Below are positions 51,804 to 60,853 of a stretch of 64,000 nucleotides of DNA, piece after piece. The notes beneath the pieces were generated by a model. The model did no database searches. It was not told the DNA's origin and was given only the letters and a program-made list of their open reading frames with translations. This stretch comes from a virus. Its lineage: Duplodnaviria; Caudoviricetes. Where the stretch lies: the IMG/VR virus record IMGVR_UViG_3300032310_000320, positions 1 to 64,000 of that record. One strand, 5' to 3'. A program made the position numbers and the translations under genes. Every line of letters begins with the position of its first letter. Position 1 is the first letter of the stretch.

Positions 51804-52366
51804 GCACCATATACCTTTCTGCGTAAATACTCCGCCAGCAACAAACCCTCCGCGCGATTGTGATCAGCCTTGCGGGTAAGTTTGACGTTGGGGAACATGG
51901 CTGCGGCTTTCATGCGGCTGAATTCTTTATCCTTGCCCTGAAGCCCCATGTTTTTCTTCCATGAAATAGGAGCTACGACTTCGTGGTAATAATCTAGCGC
52001 CGTAAAGAACAAAGACCACATGCCAAAACCAACACCTACACGAAAACCTGTGTAGGCATTAGCTCCTTTACCTTTGATCTGAACCTGCGCCTCTTCCACA
52101 CAAACCCTGATCCGTTTACGCAAAGGATTGAAGGGCTCAAACAATTCAACAATAGCTCTGTGATCAAACAGAGTTTTGGTTTTGGAAGAACCATCTAGTT
52201 TCTTGCCAGAACGTTCCGTTTTGTATGTGGGTATGTCCACCACACACGCAAAGTTGCCACACAGAAATCCAATGGCGCCTTCCGATCCGGGATCAATTCC
52301 CACAAAGATGAGTTCTTCGCTGCCAGTGACATTTCGCAGAAACTCATCCATGTGTTGACTCACCAT
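51800..52366 (-). CDS. ruvC: RuvC-like Holliday junction resolvase (phage type)
   Basis: VGIDPG, CVEE, WKK and DHNRAEGLLLA acidic motifs. Confidence 0.8.
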   Translation of the reverse strand: MVSQHMDEFLRNVTGSEELIFVGIDPGSEGAIGFLCGNFACVVDIPTYKTERSGKKLDGSSKTKTLFDHRAIVELFEPFNPLRKRIRVCVEEAQVQIKGKGANAYTGFRVGVGFGMWSLFFTALDYYHEVVAPISWKKNMGLQGKDKEFSRMKAAAMFPNVKLTRKADHNRAEGLLLAEYLRRKVYGA

Positions 52367-52556
52367 AAGTACTTATAAGTTTCGTCAAGTAATCCTGAGC
52401 CTTCTTCAAATCGTCCACACCATTCTTGTCTCTGTACCGCGCAATGTACTTGATGACATTGCCTTGCAGAAAACCTTGAAACTGATCCTTCGTCATCCAC
52501 GCTTCCATGGCGTCCCATGGCTGAATTGATTTGTTGTAATGTTCAGGTGTCGCCAT
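52344..52556 (-). CDS. DUF3310-family protein
   Basis: PEHY..IQPWD..GFLQGNVIKYIARY..KNG.DDLKKA..YL. Confidence 0.85.
   Translation of the reverse strand: MATPEHYNKSIQPWDAMEAWMTKDQFQGFLQGNVIKYIARYRDKNGVDDLKKAQDYLTKLISTYGESTHG
52365..52376. promoter_or_regulatory. Perfect palindrome ATAAGTACTTAT overlapping the resolvase start codon
   Basis: Exact consensus match. Confidence 0.45.
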
Positions 52557-52770
52557 GGTTATCCTCCGGATCAGCATCAAGGGAATCCCACAACAGCAGG
52601 TCGTGGCGATATGGCTTATATAAGTGATGCCTGTCCCTTTCCCGATGCAGATCAATTGCGCGTCTCAAGCGTTTGACTTCTGCCATCAGCCGCCGCGCAG
52701 ATACTACTGTGTCTGTCGGCGTGCTGATGGTCAACATAGCTTCGATGATTCTCAATTCATTTTCAGTCAT
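52543..52770 (-). CDS. Small hypothetical protein
   Basis: 75 aa; LMAEVKRLR. Confidence 0.5.
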   Translation of the reverse strand: MTENELRIIEAMLTISTPTDTVVSARRLMAEVKRLRRAIDLHRERDRHHLYKPYRHDLLLWDSLDADPEDNHGDT

Positions 52771-52999
52771 GAGGACACAGCAGGTCGCGCGCCCACTCCT
52801 GTACCATCATTTCGCCTTTTACCGTCACCGAACAGTTATCGACAATCGCTCCGCGCAATTCTTGAATGGTGTCAATCAACTTGGCAATGGCACAGGCAGA
52901 GTGCCGCAAGTGACATTCTTGCCAATGTGTTGCACCTTCGTTGGATTGCTTGTCCACGAAATTCAATTTCATAAACACCAGATCTGCATCGCTTAACAT
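52763..52999 (-). CDS. Small hypothetical protein
   Basis: 78 aa, overlapping start/stop. Confidence 0.5.
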   Translation of the reverse strand: MLSDADLVFMKLNFVDKQSNEGATHWQECHLRHSACAIAKLIDTIQELRGAIVDNCSVTVKGEMMVQEWARDLLCPHD

Positions 53000-53148
53000 C
53001 CTACAGGCCTTTCACTTACAAGCTTTTCAGCGTTAAGTCTGCGCACGATTTCACGCAAACGTTTAAGCTCCGCTACCAACTGATCGACTGTTTCAACGGG
53101 CAATGGCTTTCCCAACATGTCTTCTAATGCAGCATCTGTAAAAAGCAT
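52993..53148 (-). CDS. Small hypothetical protein (51 aa, not in ORF track)
   Basis: MLFTDAALEDMLGKPLPVETVDQLVAELKRLREIVRRLNAEKLVSERPVGC; GAGGGA RBS. Confidence 0.5.
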   Translation of the reverse strand: MLFTDAALEDMLGKPLPVETVDQLVAELKRLREIVRRLNAEKLVSERPVGC

Positions 53149-53149
53149 G

Positions 53150-53380
53150 TCAGTCCCTCACGTGCAAACGTTGGCCGCGTACCATGACGAAGCAACTACC
53201 AACATTGCTGATCAGCGTGCAGTACACCCGGTATTTACGTTTGTCTCCCGCAAAAATCAACATCTTATCGGTGGCAATCTTCCGCCCGTATCCGGAAGGA
53301 GATTGTCCGGGGCGCAAACCACCGGGAGACACTCTTACCGGTTTTTCAATTAGCGTATAGTTCTCAGCATATGCAATCAT
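53150..53380 (-). CDS. Small hypothetical protein
   Basis: 76 aa ORF. Confidence 0.55.
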   Translation of the reverse strand: MIAYAENYTLIEKPVRVSPGGLRPGQSPSGYGRKIATDKMLIFAGDKRKYRVYCTLISNVGSCFVMVRGQRLHVRD

Positions 53381-54204
53381 TAACTATTCCTCTGGCCTCT
53401 GTAACGCGTCAGAGACTCTGGATGAATGACAGTTGGAGATGCGGCGACAAGCGTCTCTGTCTCCGTCTCTGGCACCAGCAATTGCCGGAATTTCTCCATC
53501 AGAATGTGCACACAGAATGCGTCTACACTCGCATTGTGCATCTGTGATTTGTTGACGTGCTGGTCGAAACCGTATTTAACAAAACAATGTTCGCCCAGAT
53601 TGGATTTGAGTCCCTTAATTCTGAGCGCATTCAACCGCATGAAATACGACCTCAGCGTGTCCGTCGGCTTTGGCACCGTGACAGGCGTTGGTCCTAGTCC
53701 ATTAGCTTTCTCAATTCCGTTTGTGTCGATGATGCAATTGTCGTGGAACGTTACTTTGGGAAACTTAAACCTTTGAATGTTGTTAAGAAACATTGGTTCA
53801 TCAAAGGCGTAGATGTTATGCCCAATGACAGGCACACCTTTATCTAAAAGCGTGTTAATCATTTGCGCGTAGAACGTAAACACTTCTTCGGGAGGCTTAC
53901 CTTCCCGTTTCATTCGCTGGAAATCTACATGAAACTGGACACCCCTTGCAGCCATAGCATTAGAAACATTCTGCAATTTGCCTTCGATAGCATCAGCCAA
54001 ATCCGATTGATGCTTGGTCCAGTCCACGATCGTTGTGAGGCGATCGACTACTGTACCGTTGCGCACCAAGCAATGGCCAAACTCCACAATCAAATCGTTC
54101 TGAAGATCTAGCCCCGTGGTTTCAACATCAATGACGAAGTAATCACGTGGCCAGCCACCGCCATAAAGTTTACGAAACGTAGCTGGCCAGTGATTAACAA
54201 TCAT
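53380..54204 (-). CDS. DEDDh 3'-5' exonuclease (DnaQ-like)
   Basis: FVIDVETTGLD, IGHN..FD and MHNASVD; start at the TGATG overlap 54204. Confidence 0.85.
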   Translation of the reverse strand: MIVNHWPATFRKLYGGGWPRDYFVIDVETTGLDLQNDLIVEFGHCLVRNGTVVDRLTTIVDWTKHQSDLADAIEGKLQNVSNAMAARGVQFHVDFQRMKREGKPPEEVFTFYAQMINTLLDKGVPVIGHNIYAFDEPMFLNNIQRFKFPKVTFHDNCIIDTNGIEKANGLGPTPVTVPKPTDTLRSYFMRLNALRIKGLKSNLGEHCFVKYGFDQHVNKSQMHNASVDAFCVHILMEKFRQLLVPETETETLVAASPTVIHPESLTRYRGQRNS

Positions 54205-54725
54205 CACGCTCTCCGTGTCAGAATGTGAAACGCATCTTTGATCCGCTGCCATCCGACATACAAACCGCGCCGCCATTTAGGAATGGTCATGCGGCGACTC
54301 AGGTCACGACCATAGTTGGCCAATTCTTGATAGTTTTCACACGGAGAATGCTCCGCAACGGAAGCTTCTCTTACCCCGGCCCAGTACACGCCTGAGATAA
54401 CGGTACCGAGCAACGCCATATACAAAAACTGCGCAGGCTCTTCCACCTCAAACCAGCCAGACTCAGACAACGATTCCACCATAGATTTGGTCTTAGGATC
54501 TGCCGCAGCAGGCACGAACTTGCAGAATGCCGCACAGGCCTGACCAAGTTGCTCATCCGTCACATTGAAGTGTTTCTTAAACGCCGTAAGACAGTTAGGG
54601 TTGTTTTCCAACTCCTCAAGCCTTTGCGCTACAACCATAGCAATGCTGCCAAAGTTGTGCGCTACGTCTCTCTCCGGACGGTATAAGCGCTTATCGTCTG
54701 CTGAGAACCGTGCCTGCAATCCCAT
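54204..54725 (-). CDS. Hypothetical protein
   Basis: 173 aa ORF. Confidence 0.6.
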   Translation of the reverse strand: MGLQARFSADDKRLYRPERDVAHNFGSIAMVVAQRLEELENNPNCLTAFKKHFNVTDEQLGQACAAFCKFVPAAADPKTKSMVESLSESGWFEVEEPAQFLYMALLGTVISGVYWAGVREASVAEHSPCENYQELANYGRDLSRRMTIPKWRRGLYVGWQRIKDAFHILTRRA

Positions 54726-54726
54726 G

Positions 54727-55293
54727 TCAAACCTCCTGCATCAAATCGTCAACATCGTCACCTAAATAAAATTTCGCCTGCTCTTTTATATAATCCTGTG
54801 GCAAGCATCCGTCTTTAGGTAATTCCTCAGAAAAGTACCGACAGTCCCAACCGGCAGCCTCGTCTCCCGTTACCAGCAAATTGTCTGAGTCGTAATATGT
54901 GCCGTTTCCTGAAATTATCGGTTCCCTCACGTAATTGGCTTCTCCATGCACGCCATGGACTAACAACTTGCCGCCGATTGTGATTGTGAACTTAGCGCCG
55001 GGCGGTATTTCACCCAAATCTGAATACTGCTTTCGTGCACCGTCGTCTATCCCGGCATAAGTAAATCCGTAATCGTGACACTCTGGACCGTCGGGAGTTA
55101 CCAATAACGCTGCGCCGTACTCAGATTCAGCCAATTCATCCATGGCTGCATCTACACATTTTGCCTCTACTGCAAAGTGCTCAGGGAAGAAACTATCGTC
55201 AATAGTCACGAGCCAAATAATACCGCCTGCACCCGGATTGATCACCGTTGCTGTGATTGGCTGGCCGCGAAATTTACCTTCTGCACGCACCAT
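54727..55293 (-). CDS. Acidic hypothetical protein
   Basis: 188 aa ORF. Confidence 0.6.
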   Translation of the reverse strand: MVRAEGKFRGQPITATVINPGAGGIIWLVTIDDSFFPEHFAVEAKCVDAAMDELAESEYGAALLVTPDGPECHDYGFTYAGIDDGARKQYSDLGEIPPGAKFTITIGGKLLVHGVHGEANYVREPIISGNGTYYDSDNLLVTGDEAAGWDCRYFSEELPKDGCLPQDYIKEQAKFYLGDDVDDLMQEV

Positions 55294-55294
55294 G

Positions 55295-56125
55295 TCACTC
55301 TCCCTTAGGCTGAGCCAGTTCGTAAGGCGTTGTTCTCATGCCATACACTTCTGGCAAATCCTCAACCATCCGAACCTTTGCGTCGCTAAACATGTGTGGA
55401 TACTTCTTGCTCAGGATCTCGTAGATCTGGGCAAAGACGTATCTGATTTCCCATTCCGCGTGAGCTGACGTGCGCATCTGAATCATGTGCCTCGCCGCTC
55501 TTACATTCATTGAAAACCCAATCTCGTTTGCCACGCCATTGGGTAGGAACATCCGCCGTAACGCTGATGTCACTTTTTTCTTGTAATCGAACGACTGCTT
55601 GGGGTCGTTCAGATTCATGTCCTCGCACGCCATCCGATACTTCATTTCCAAATACTCAAGCGTCAACTCGATGTCGTGCTTGATGGGCGCCAAGATCGGA
55701 TCCCACACAACCTTCAGCTTGTCCGTACGCACATACCTGCCAGACGTCTGACTGTATTCCGTACCGACGTGATGCCGCACTAACTCGTGCGTGAACACCC
55801 TACTACAGTTCGTAATGACAAAGTTAAAATTCACGTGCCCAAAAACAGATCCATGCCCGTGAGCTAAGCACGCAGCAAGATTCGCCGGAATATCCCGAGT
55901 TTTATCAATGTTGTCATTCTTGCCGGGAGACAAAGAGGCGTAGCACAGTTTCGCATAGAAGCTTACGAGGCATTCCGCTGGCGACAGTCCCAGCTCCAAG
56001 GCATGCCTGTATTGCTGGATAAAGGCTTGATTGCCTGTGTCCTCCAGATACCTAATCAGTTCCGTATCGTTTACTTCTGTGAATCCCAACAAATACACAG
56101 ACGGCGTAACAAACGGGGATGGCAT
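55295..56125 (-). CDS. thyX: Flavin-dependent thymidylate synthase
   Basis: GHGSVF, SRVFTHELVRHH..YSQTSGRY ThyX motif, MRTSAHAEWEIR. Confidence 0.92.
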   Translation of the reverse strand: MPSPFVTPSVYLLGFTEVNDTELIRYLEDTGNQAFIQQYRHALELGLSPAECLVSFYAKLCYASLSPGKNDNIDKTRDIPANLAACLAHGHGSVFGHVNFNFVITNCSRVFTHELVRHHVGTEYSQTSGRYVRTDKLKVVWDPILAPIKHDIELTLEYLEMKYRMACEDMNLNDPKQSFDYKKKVTSALRRMFLPNGVANEIGFSMNVRAARHMIQMRTSAHAEWEIRYVFAQIYEILSKKYPHMFSDAKVRMVEDLPEVYGMRTTPYELAQPKGE

Positions 56126-56132
56126 AAAATCC

Positions 56133-56936
56133 TCACTTAAAGGCCACGGCTACCGGATACTTAGGAACTGCGTCATCGCCTATCGTTAGATCGAAGTAAG
56201 CGACTTCTACCGACTGCCGGAGGTACTTGTCGGGTTTACGCAGCAATTCATCCTGTGTTACCAGTGTCTTAGGCAATACAACCTCGAACTCATCGTGCGT
56301 AGCTGTCTCACAAATGACAACCCCGAAACCTGTAAATTCGCCGTAACCCTTTTTTACGTCTACAGGTTTAAATTCTTTAAGTTTTGCTGTGTTAACTTCT
56401 AGGAAAAACATAGACGGGCCGGGACGGTAATTCTCAGCGGAATGCCTGAGATAGATGCCCGGATACCCCAACATCAAACAACGCGATTGATAGTAGTTAA
56501 GATCTTCTCTGTTGCGGATTTTGACTGTTTCCGCGCACGTCACAGCACCGGTAGAGAAACTTCCCAGCATTTTGTAACGTTCAGAGAAAGCCGCCGGAGC
56601 GACCTGATCACACAAGACCAAACGCACTGTCTTGTTGCCTGTCGTATTTTTCTTCAAACGTTGTTGCAATACGGCTGGCGCAACATCATCTACAAGGAAA
56701 CCATCCAAGATTGCTGTTGCCTGCTGCGCCATAGGGTATCGAAGCGCCGTGGCCAAGTGAGGCACCGTTGGGATGGGCTCACCGGCCACGTCGCAAATAT
56801 GAACTGTGTCATTCTCAAACCGCACAATACACCGATGTCCTTGAATCTGCGGTTGCCCAAGCGCATTATCCCAGCGCACCTTGGACGAATAATCCGCGTA
56901 GTTCAAAGGCAACATCGGTGTCAGTGCAGTTGTCAT
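56133..56936 (-). CDS. ATP-dependent DNA ligase homologue, predicted catalytically inactive
   Basis: Ligase scaffold (PML, QPQIQGHRC, LDGFL, GYPGIYLR, OB-fold PKYPV), but motif I Lys is Gln and motif III/IV Glu are Phe/Pro. Confidence 0.6.
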   Translation of the reverse strand: MTTALTPMLPLNYADYSSKVRWDNALGQPQIQGHRCIVRFENDTVHICDVAGEPIPTVPHLATALRYPMAQQATAILDGFLVDDVAPAVLQQRLKKNTTGNKTVRLVLCDQVAPAAFSERYKMLGSFSTGAVTCAETVKIRNREDLNYYQSRCLMLGYPGIYLRHSAENYRPGPSMFFLEVNTAKLKEFKPVDVKKGYGEFTGFGVVICETATHDEFEVVLPKTLVTQDELLRKPDKYLRQSVEVAYFDLTIGDDAVPKYPVAVAFK

Positions 56937-57850
56937 GAATTAGCGTTCCTTGCCGCGTAACAGTTAATACATAAATCCTGAGCAAGACCTTCGTCAAAAT
57001 ATGCTTCTGTGGCACAGGATGGACACAGTTTTACAGCATAGGTCGCAGGATGACAACCCGCTCTGCACTGTAAATAACCTATAGGACACGTATGACACGC
57101 AACTGTTAATGGATAGTTTTGCGGACATTTGTACGCGTCAGTCTTGCGAGCCCTGTAACGCATTTGTTCTTTATTCCAACGCATAAGTCCTTGCGTTGAA
57201 ATGAGTTCTGAAAACACAAGCAATTTTTCTGACTTGTCATAATCAATTAGCGCAGACAGTCTTAGCGTCACAAGATCCATGCCGTGTTTGTAGCGAAACG
57301 TTTCTTGCTTACGCGTCCCGGGTTGTTGAGTTTTAACCATGCCAAACATTTTCCAAGCAACAAACCGGCAGTACGCACGTGACCACCAAGCTGTCGTAGT
57401 CTCAAGTGTGGGGAAACCTGCCAACACTTTGAACGTCATATTGAAGCCATCCCCTTTCTTGGAATGACTACAAGTATCCGCTCTCATGATCTGGATAGGA
57501 ACCCATTCCTTGCCCTCGACTCTTGCGTACGGTCTAACCGGTTTATTTTCTTTCAGCGTCCATTTATTACCCAACAGCCGATGCATTAGATCGACCGCAC
57601 TTGTTTGCGTGAGAGTCGTTCCAGCGTAAGGCCGTAACGACTCTTGTATCACGTCAAATTGCAACAACGGCATTTGCAAAGCCAAGGATACCTGTGAAAA
57701 CACAAAACGCACAAATTGCTGGAAGACAACGCCTGCCAGTTTTTGTTGCGCAAACTTATGGTACAGGTCTAGACCAATACTGTTCTTCTGCGCAATGATG
57801 CGTTCGACGTCATAGCGCAGTCGTGTAACCGTTTCCTTACTCTCCGTCAT
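56933..57850 (-). CDS. Hypothetical protein with C-terminal Cys clusters
   Basis: C..CHTC..C..C and CPSC..CINC; AAGGA RBS at 57850. Confidence 0.6.
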   Translation of the reverse strand: MTESKETVTRLRYDVERIIAQKNSIGLDLYHKFAQQKLAGVVFQQFVRFVFSQVSLALQMPLLQFDVIQESLRPYAGTTLTQTSAVDLMHRLLGNKWTLKENKPVRPYARVEGKEWVPIQIMRADTCSHSKKGDGFNMTFKVLAGFPTLETTTAWWSRAYCRFVAWKMFGMVKTQQPGTRKQETFRYKHGMDLVTLRLSALIDYDKSEKLLVFSELISTQGLMRWNKEQMRYRARKTDAYKCPQNYPLTVACHTCPIGYLQCRAGCHPATYAVKLCPSCATEAYFDEGLAQDLCINCYAARNANS

Positions 57851-58388
57851 CGCAGAATTCCTTGTAGGGTACGACACAAACACCCGTACTTTCATTCACT
57901 TCAATAATCGGTGTCGTATCCTCAAGTGGTTTGTCTGTCGGTGCGTACGCGTGGACGTACGAATATGTTGCGGTTATGTCCGCATCCACCGTTTCATCTA
58001 CTGCAATCGCCAGAAAAGACTTGATCAGTTGGTAGGGCATGTGATCTGCACTACCCACACCATTCTTCTGTAAACATGAAAACAATACACCGAGTTCATT
58101 CCAACACCCACCTGTATTGAAAAACCGTGCGATTGCGTCGGCCAGTAAATACAGTCGGTGCGCTTCTCCTCTTTGAAACTCGTCAGGAGATGCCCAAAAC
58201 CCCAGCGTCAACGTTTCTCGTTTTTCTTTGGGTGTATCCAACAACCGCACATACTGATCGTCTAAACGTAAATTGAAATACACCCCGACAGATTTGTCTT
58301 GATCGAGAAGCGTTGCGACATAGCCATCACCCGGTTTTAATTTGCTCAACGTCTTTGACAACAAATCGATGCTTGGTGTTGTGTTCAT
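57837..58388 (-). CDS. Hypothetical protein
   Basis: 183 aa ORF. Confidence 0.55.
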   Translation of the reverse strand: MNTTPSIDLLSKTLSKLKPGDGYVATLLDQDKSVGVYFNLRLDDQYVRLLDTPKEKRETLTLGFWASPDEFQRGEAHRLYLLADAIARFFNTGGCWNELGVLFSCLQKNGVGSADHMPYQLIKSFLAIAVDETVDADITATYSYVHAYAPTDKPLEDTTPIIEVNESTGVCVVPYKEFCDDGE

Positions 58389-58908
58389 AAATTAACTTGC
58401 CAACTTCCTTCCAGTAATGTGCCTCGATAGCACGTAAAGGATATCCCCACGTATCTCTAATTTCGCGCGAAATACTTCTAACTTCTTTGACTGGCGGGTA
58501 AATGTATTCCCATTTGACTACATCCTGCGCAGCCAATTTCTGCAACTCCTGAATCGTCTCAGCGGTATATGCAAGTTTGGCCATGGCATGCCCATCTGCC
58601 TTCTTTTCCAACACAGGTTCTGCTGGCGCTACACTCTGTTTACGCCACGCTTTACCACTGACACCTTGCGCTAGACTGGCATACGCTTGGTCAAGAGTCA
58701 GAACTGTCTTAACAATCCTGTCGTGTGTTGCACCGTCGTAGATAACGGCAAACACAATCTTATGTTCCACGTTCAGTAACAATTGCTCAGTCGTCGTTTT
58801 CTGTCCGCCAAACGGCACAGTTGCCGCAAGCGCGTCTTCAATTGTGAGCGGAGCATACGGAAAACGCTCGGTGTAACGACACCGAGCGTGATTGGAAATC
58901 AACAACAT
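58327..58908 (-). CDS. Hypothetical protein
   Basis: 193 aa ORF; N-terminal ISNHA..RY.ERF. Confidence 0.55.
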   Translation of the reverse strand: MLLISNHARCRYTERFPYAPLTIEDALAATVPFGGQKTTTEQLLLNVEHKIVFAVIYDGATHDRIVKTVLTLDQAYASLAQGVSGKAWRKQSVAPAEPVLEKKADGHAMAKLAYTAETIQELQKLAAQDVVKWEYIYPPVKEVRSISREIRDTWGYPLRAIEAHYWKEVGKLIYEHNTKHRFVVKDVEQIKTG

Positions 58909-58917
58909 AAAACACCC

Positions 58918-59625
58918 TTAGATGCGGCACACAATGTCCGCGATTATAGGATGGCGTACGATGTGATCATCGCTAATATGAATCACAGCGACGCCAGAAA
59001 CGTTCTTGATCTTGTCAACAAGATCCATCATTGCGATTCTTCCTACAAGGTCACTTTGACGGGGGTCACCCGTAATTATGATCTTGGAGCCTATGCCGAT
59101 ACGTGTGATGAACAGCTTCAACTGCGCATATGAGCAGTTCTGAGCTTCGTCCAAAATACACACGGCATTTTTAAGCGTACGGCCACGCAGATAGGCAATC
59201 GGCGCAACCTCTAAACCCTTATCGATGTGCTTGCGCTGCGCGTTTTCCTTACCAACCAAATCATCCAACGCATCGTACAACGGCAGCATAAACGGATGCA
59301 CTTTTTCCTCAAAGGATCCGGGCAAGAATCCCAGACGTTCTCCTGCTTCAACTATCGGACGTGAGATGATGATCTTCTGCGTCTTGGCTTCTAGTGCGCT
59401 GTGAATGGCATAGGCCGTAGCCAGAAAACTTTTGCCAGTACCAGCACTACCAATCAGAAACACCACGTCATTACGTGCGATAGTTTCCCAGCAAGATCGT
59501 TGAAACGCGTTCAGAAACTCGAGACTAAAACCTTTTCGCTTCGGAGTCGGAACAATTATTTCCTGTTCGTTAAAGTCCTCAGGTTCGTTTAAGTTCTTCC
59601 GTTGCCGAACACGTCGTTTTGGCAT
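58918..59625 (-). CDS. phoH: PhoH-family ATPase
   Basis: GSAGTGKS, RPIVEAGERLGFLPG, YLRGRTL, DEAQN, TRIG, GDPRQSDL and VRHP. Confidence 0.95.
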   Translation of the reverse strand: MPKRRVRQRKNLNEPEDFNEQEIIVPTPKRKGFSLEFLNAFQRSCWETIARNDVVFLIGSAGTGKSFLATAYAIHSALEAKTQKIIISRPIVEAGERLGFLPGSFEEKVHPFMLPLYDALDDLVGKENAQRKHIDKGLEVAPIAYLRGRTLKNAVCILDEAQNCSYAQLKLFITRIGIGSKIIITGDPRQSDLVGRIAMMDLVDKIKNVSGVAVIHISDDHIVRHPIIADIVCRI

Positions 59626-59688
59626 AGGTGCACTTCCGTGGGCAGGTTACCCGCATTCTACCCCGCCGGCAAAGGTCAACACGAACAT

Positions 59689-60069
59689 TCACAGCGCACT
59701 TGTACTTGTCACGGCAAACCCAGCGTAAAACCGCATAGATTGTTCGATTGTGTGAACTTGCTGTCCGACAAAAAGAAGCACTTCCTCAATTTCCAGACGT
59801 GGTGCTTCTTCTTTAAGCTTGCCAATAAACCTGAGAACTCTTTCCATACTTGCAGCTACAAGATGTTGTGGTTCCAGCGCAGGCACACGAAACGCATTGA
59901 TGGGAATTCGTGCTAGCTCACCTGCGGCCGTATACAGGAATTTCTCTTCATCGTCAGCGTTGAAACTGACCGAGATCCACAACTTGTTGTCACGCGGTAC
60001 AACAATGACTGGCTGCTCTTTGCTCGCCAAATGTGGTGCCACATCAACCCACACTACATTGACTTGCAT
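59689..60069 (-). CDS. Hypothetical protein
   Basis: 126 aa ORF. Confidence 0.55.
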   Translation of the reverse strand: MQVNVVWVDVAPHLASKEQPVIVVPRDNKLWISVSFNADDEEKFLYTAAGELARIPINAFRVPALEPQHLVAASMERVLRFIGKLKEEAPRLEIEEVLLFVGQQVHTIEQSMRFYAGFAVTSTSAL

Positions 60070-60851
60070 ATCTCAACCTCTACCTGTTTGTCCGCATCGT
60101 ACTGTTCCACGGTGTAAACAAACGGTTTGCACGGCGTGCTTGTTCCGTCGTACCACAAAGGCCGTGTACTCAATCCCCGGCGAGGTGCCCGAGACTCTTG
60201 CTGCTGCGCATCAGCATTGATGGCAACATGCTTGTTGTAATGAAACAAGCGGTAATTTTGCTGATACAACAATTCTCCCAGAATAGCGTCACCGCCATTG
60301 TGATGCATGTCCACAAACGGATAATCGTGTTTCTTGATCAACGACATACGTGCCGCCCACCAGCCACCCGTAGCGAACTTAACCTTGTACCCGTCAGGCC
60401 ATTCTTTGCCTGTGTACCAAGGCTGCTGTCGAATCACGTTCTTCTGGTTGCCACTCCATGTTCCTTGCAGTCTGTACACGGAACCGACCATCTCAGCGTC
60501 AACCAAATAAGTACTTATAGCTTTCCAGAAATCAGGCGGCGTAGGCCTCTTAATGCAACTGTCGTCGTCAAACCACATGACGTGCTGTTGCTGAGGATCT
60601 GCGTATCTCAACATCTGCCGCATCAACGGATATTTACCGACGTTCTCATTGTTACTCTCCGCAAAAAGAAGCACGGGGACATTGAATCCCCGTGCTTCTT
60701 CAATCAAATAATTTCGCACATCAGGCGTTACTGCGTTCATACCGATGCGTAACTGTGAAACACCGGGGTAACGTGTACTTTCCCGGATAGACGACACACA
60801 CCGTTCAATTAGATCGAAGTGGTCGCCGTAACACAAAACGCATACAAGCAT
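60054..60851 (-). CDS. GT-A fold glycosyltransferase-like protein
   Basis: NVGKYP, VMWFDDDS, ATGGWW and GGD..LGE. Confidence 0.55.
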   Translation of the reverse strand: MLVCVLCYGDHFDLIERCVSSIRESTRYPGVSQLRIGMNAVTPDVRNYLIEEARGFNVPVLLFAESNNENVGKYPLMRQMLRYADPQQQHVMWFDDDSCIKRPTPPDFWKAISTYLVDAEMVGSVYRLQGTWSGNQKNVIRQQPWYTGKEWPDGYKVKFATGGWWAARMSLIKKHDYPFVDMHHNGGDAILGELLYQQNYRLFHYNKHVAINADAQQQESRAPRRGLSTRPLWYDGTSTPCKPFVYTVEQYDADKQVEVEICKSM

Positions 60852-60853
60852 TA

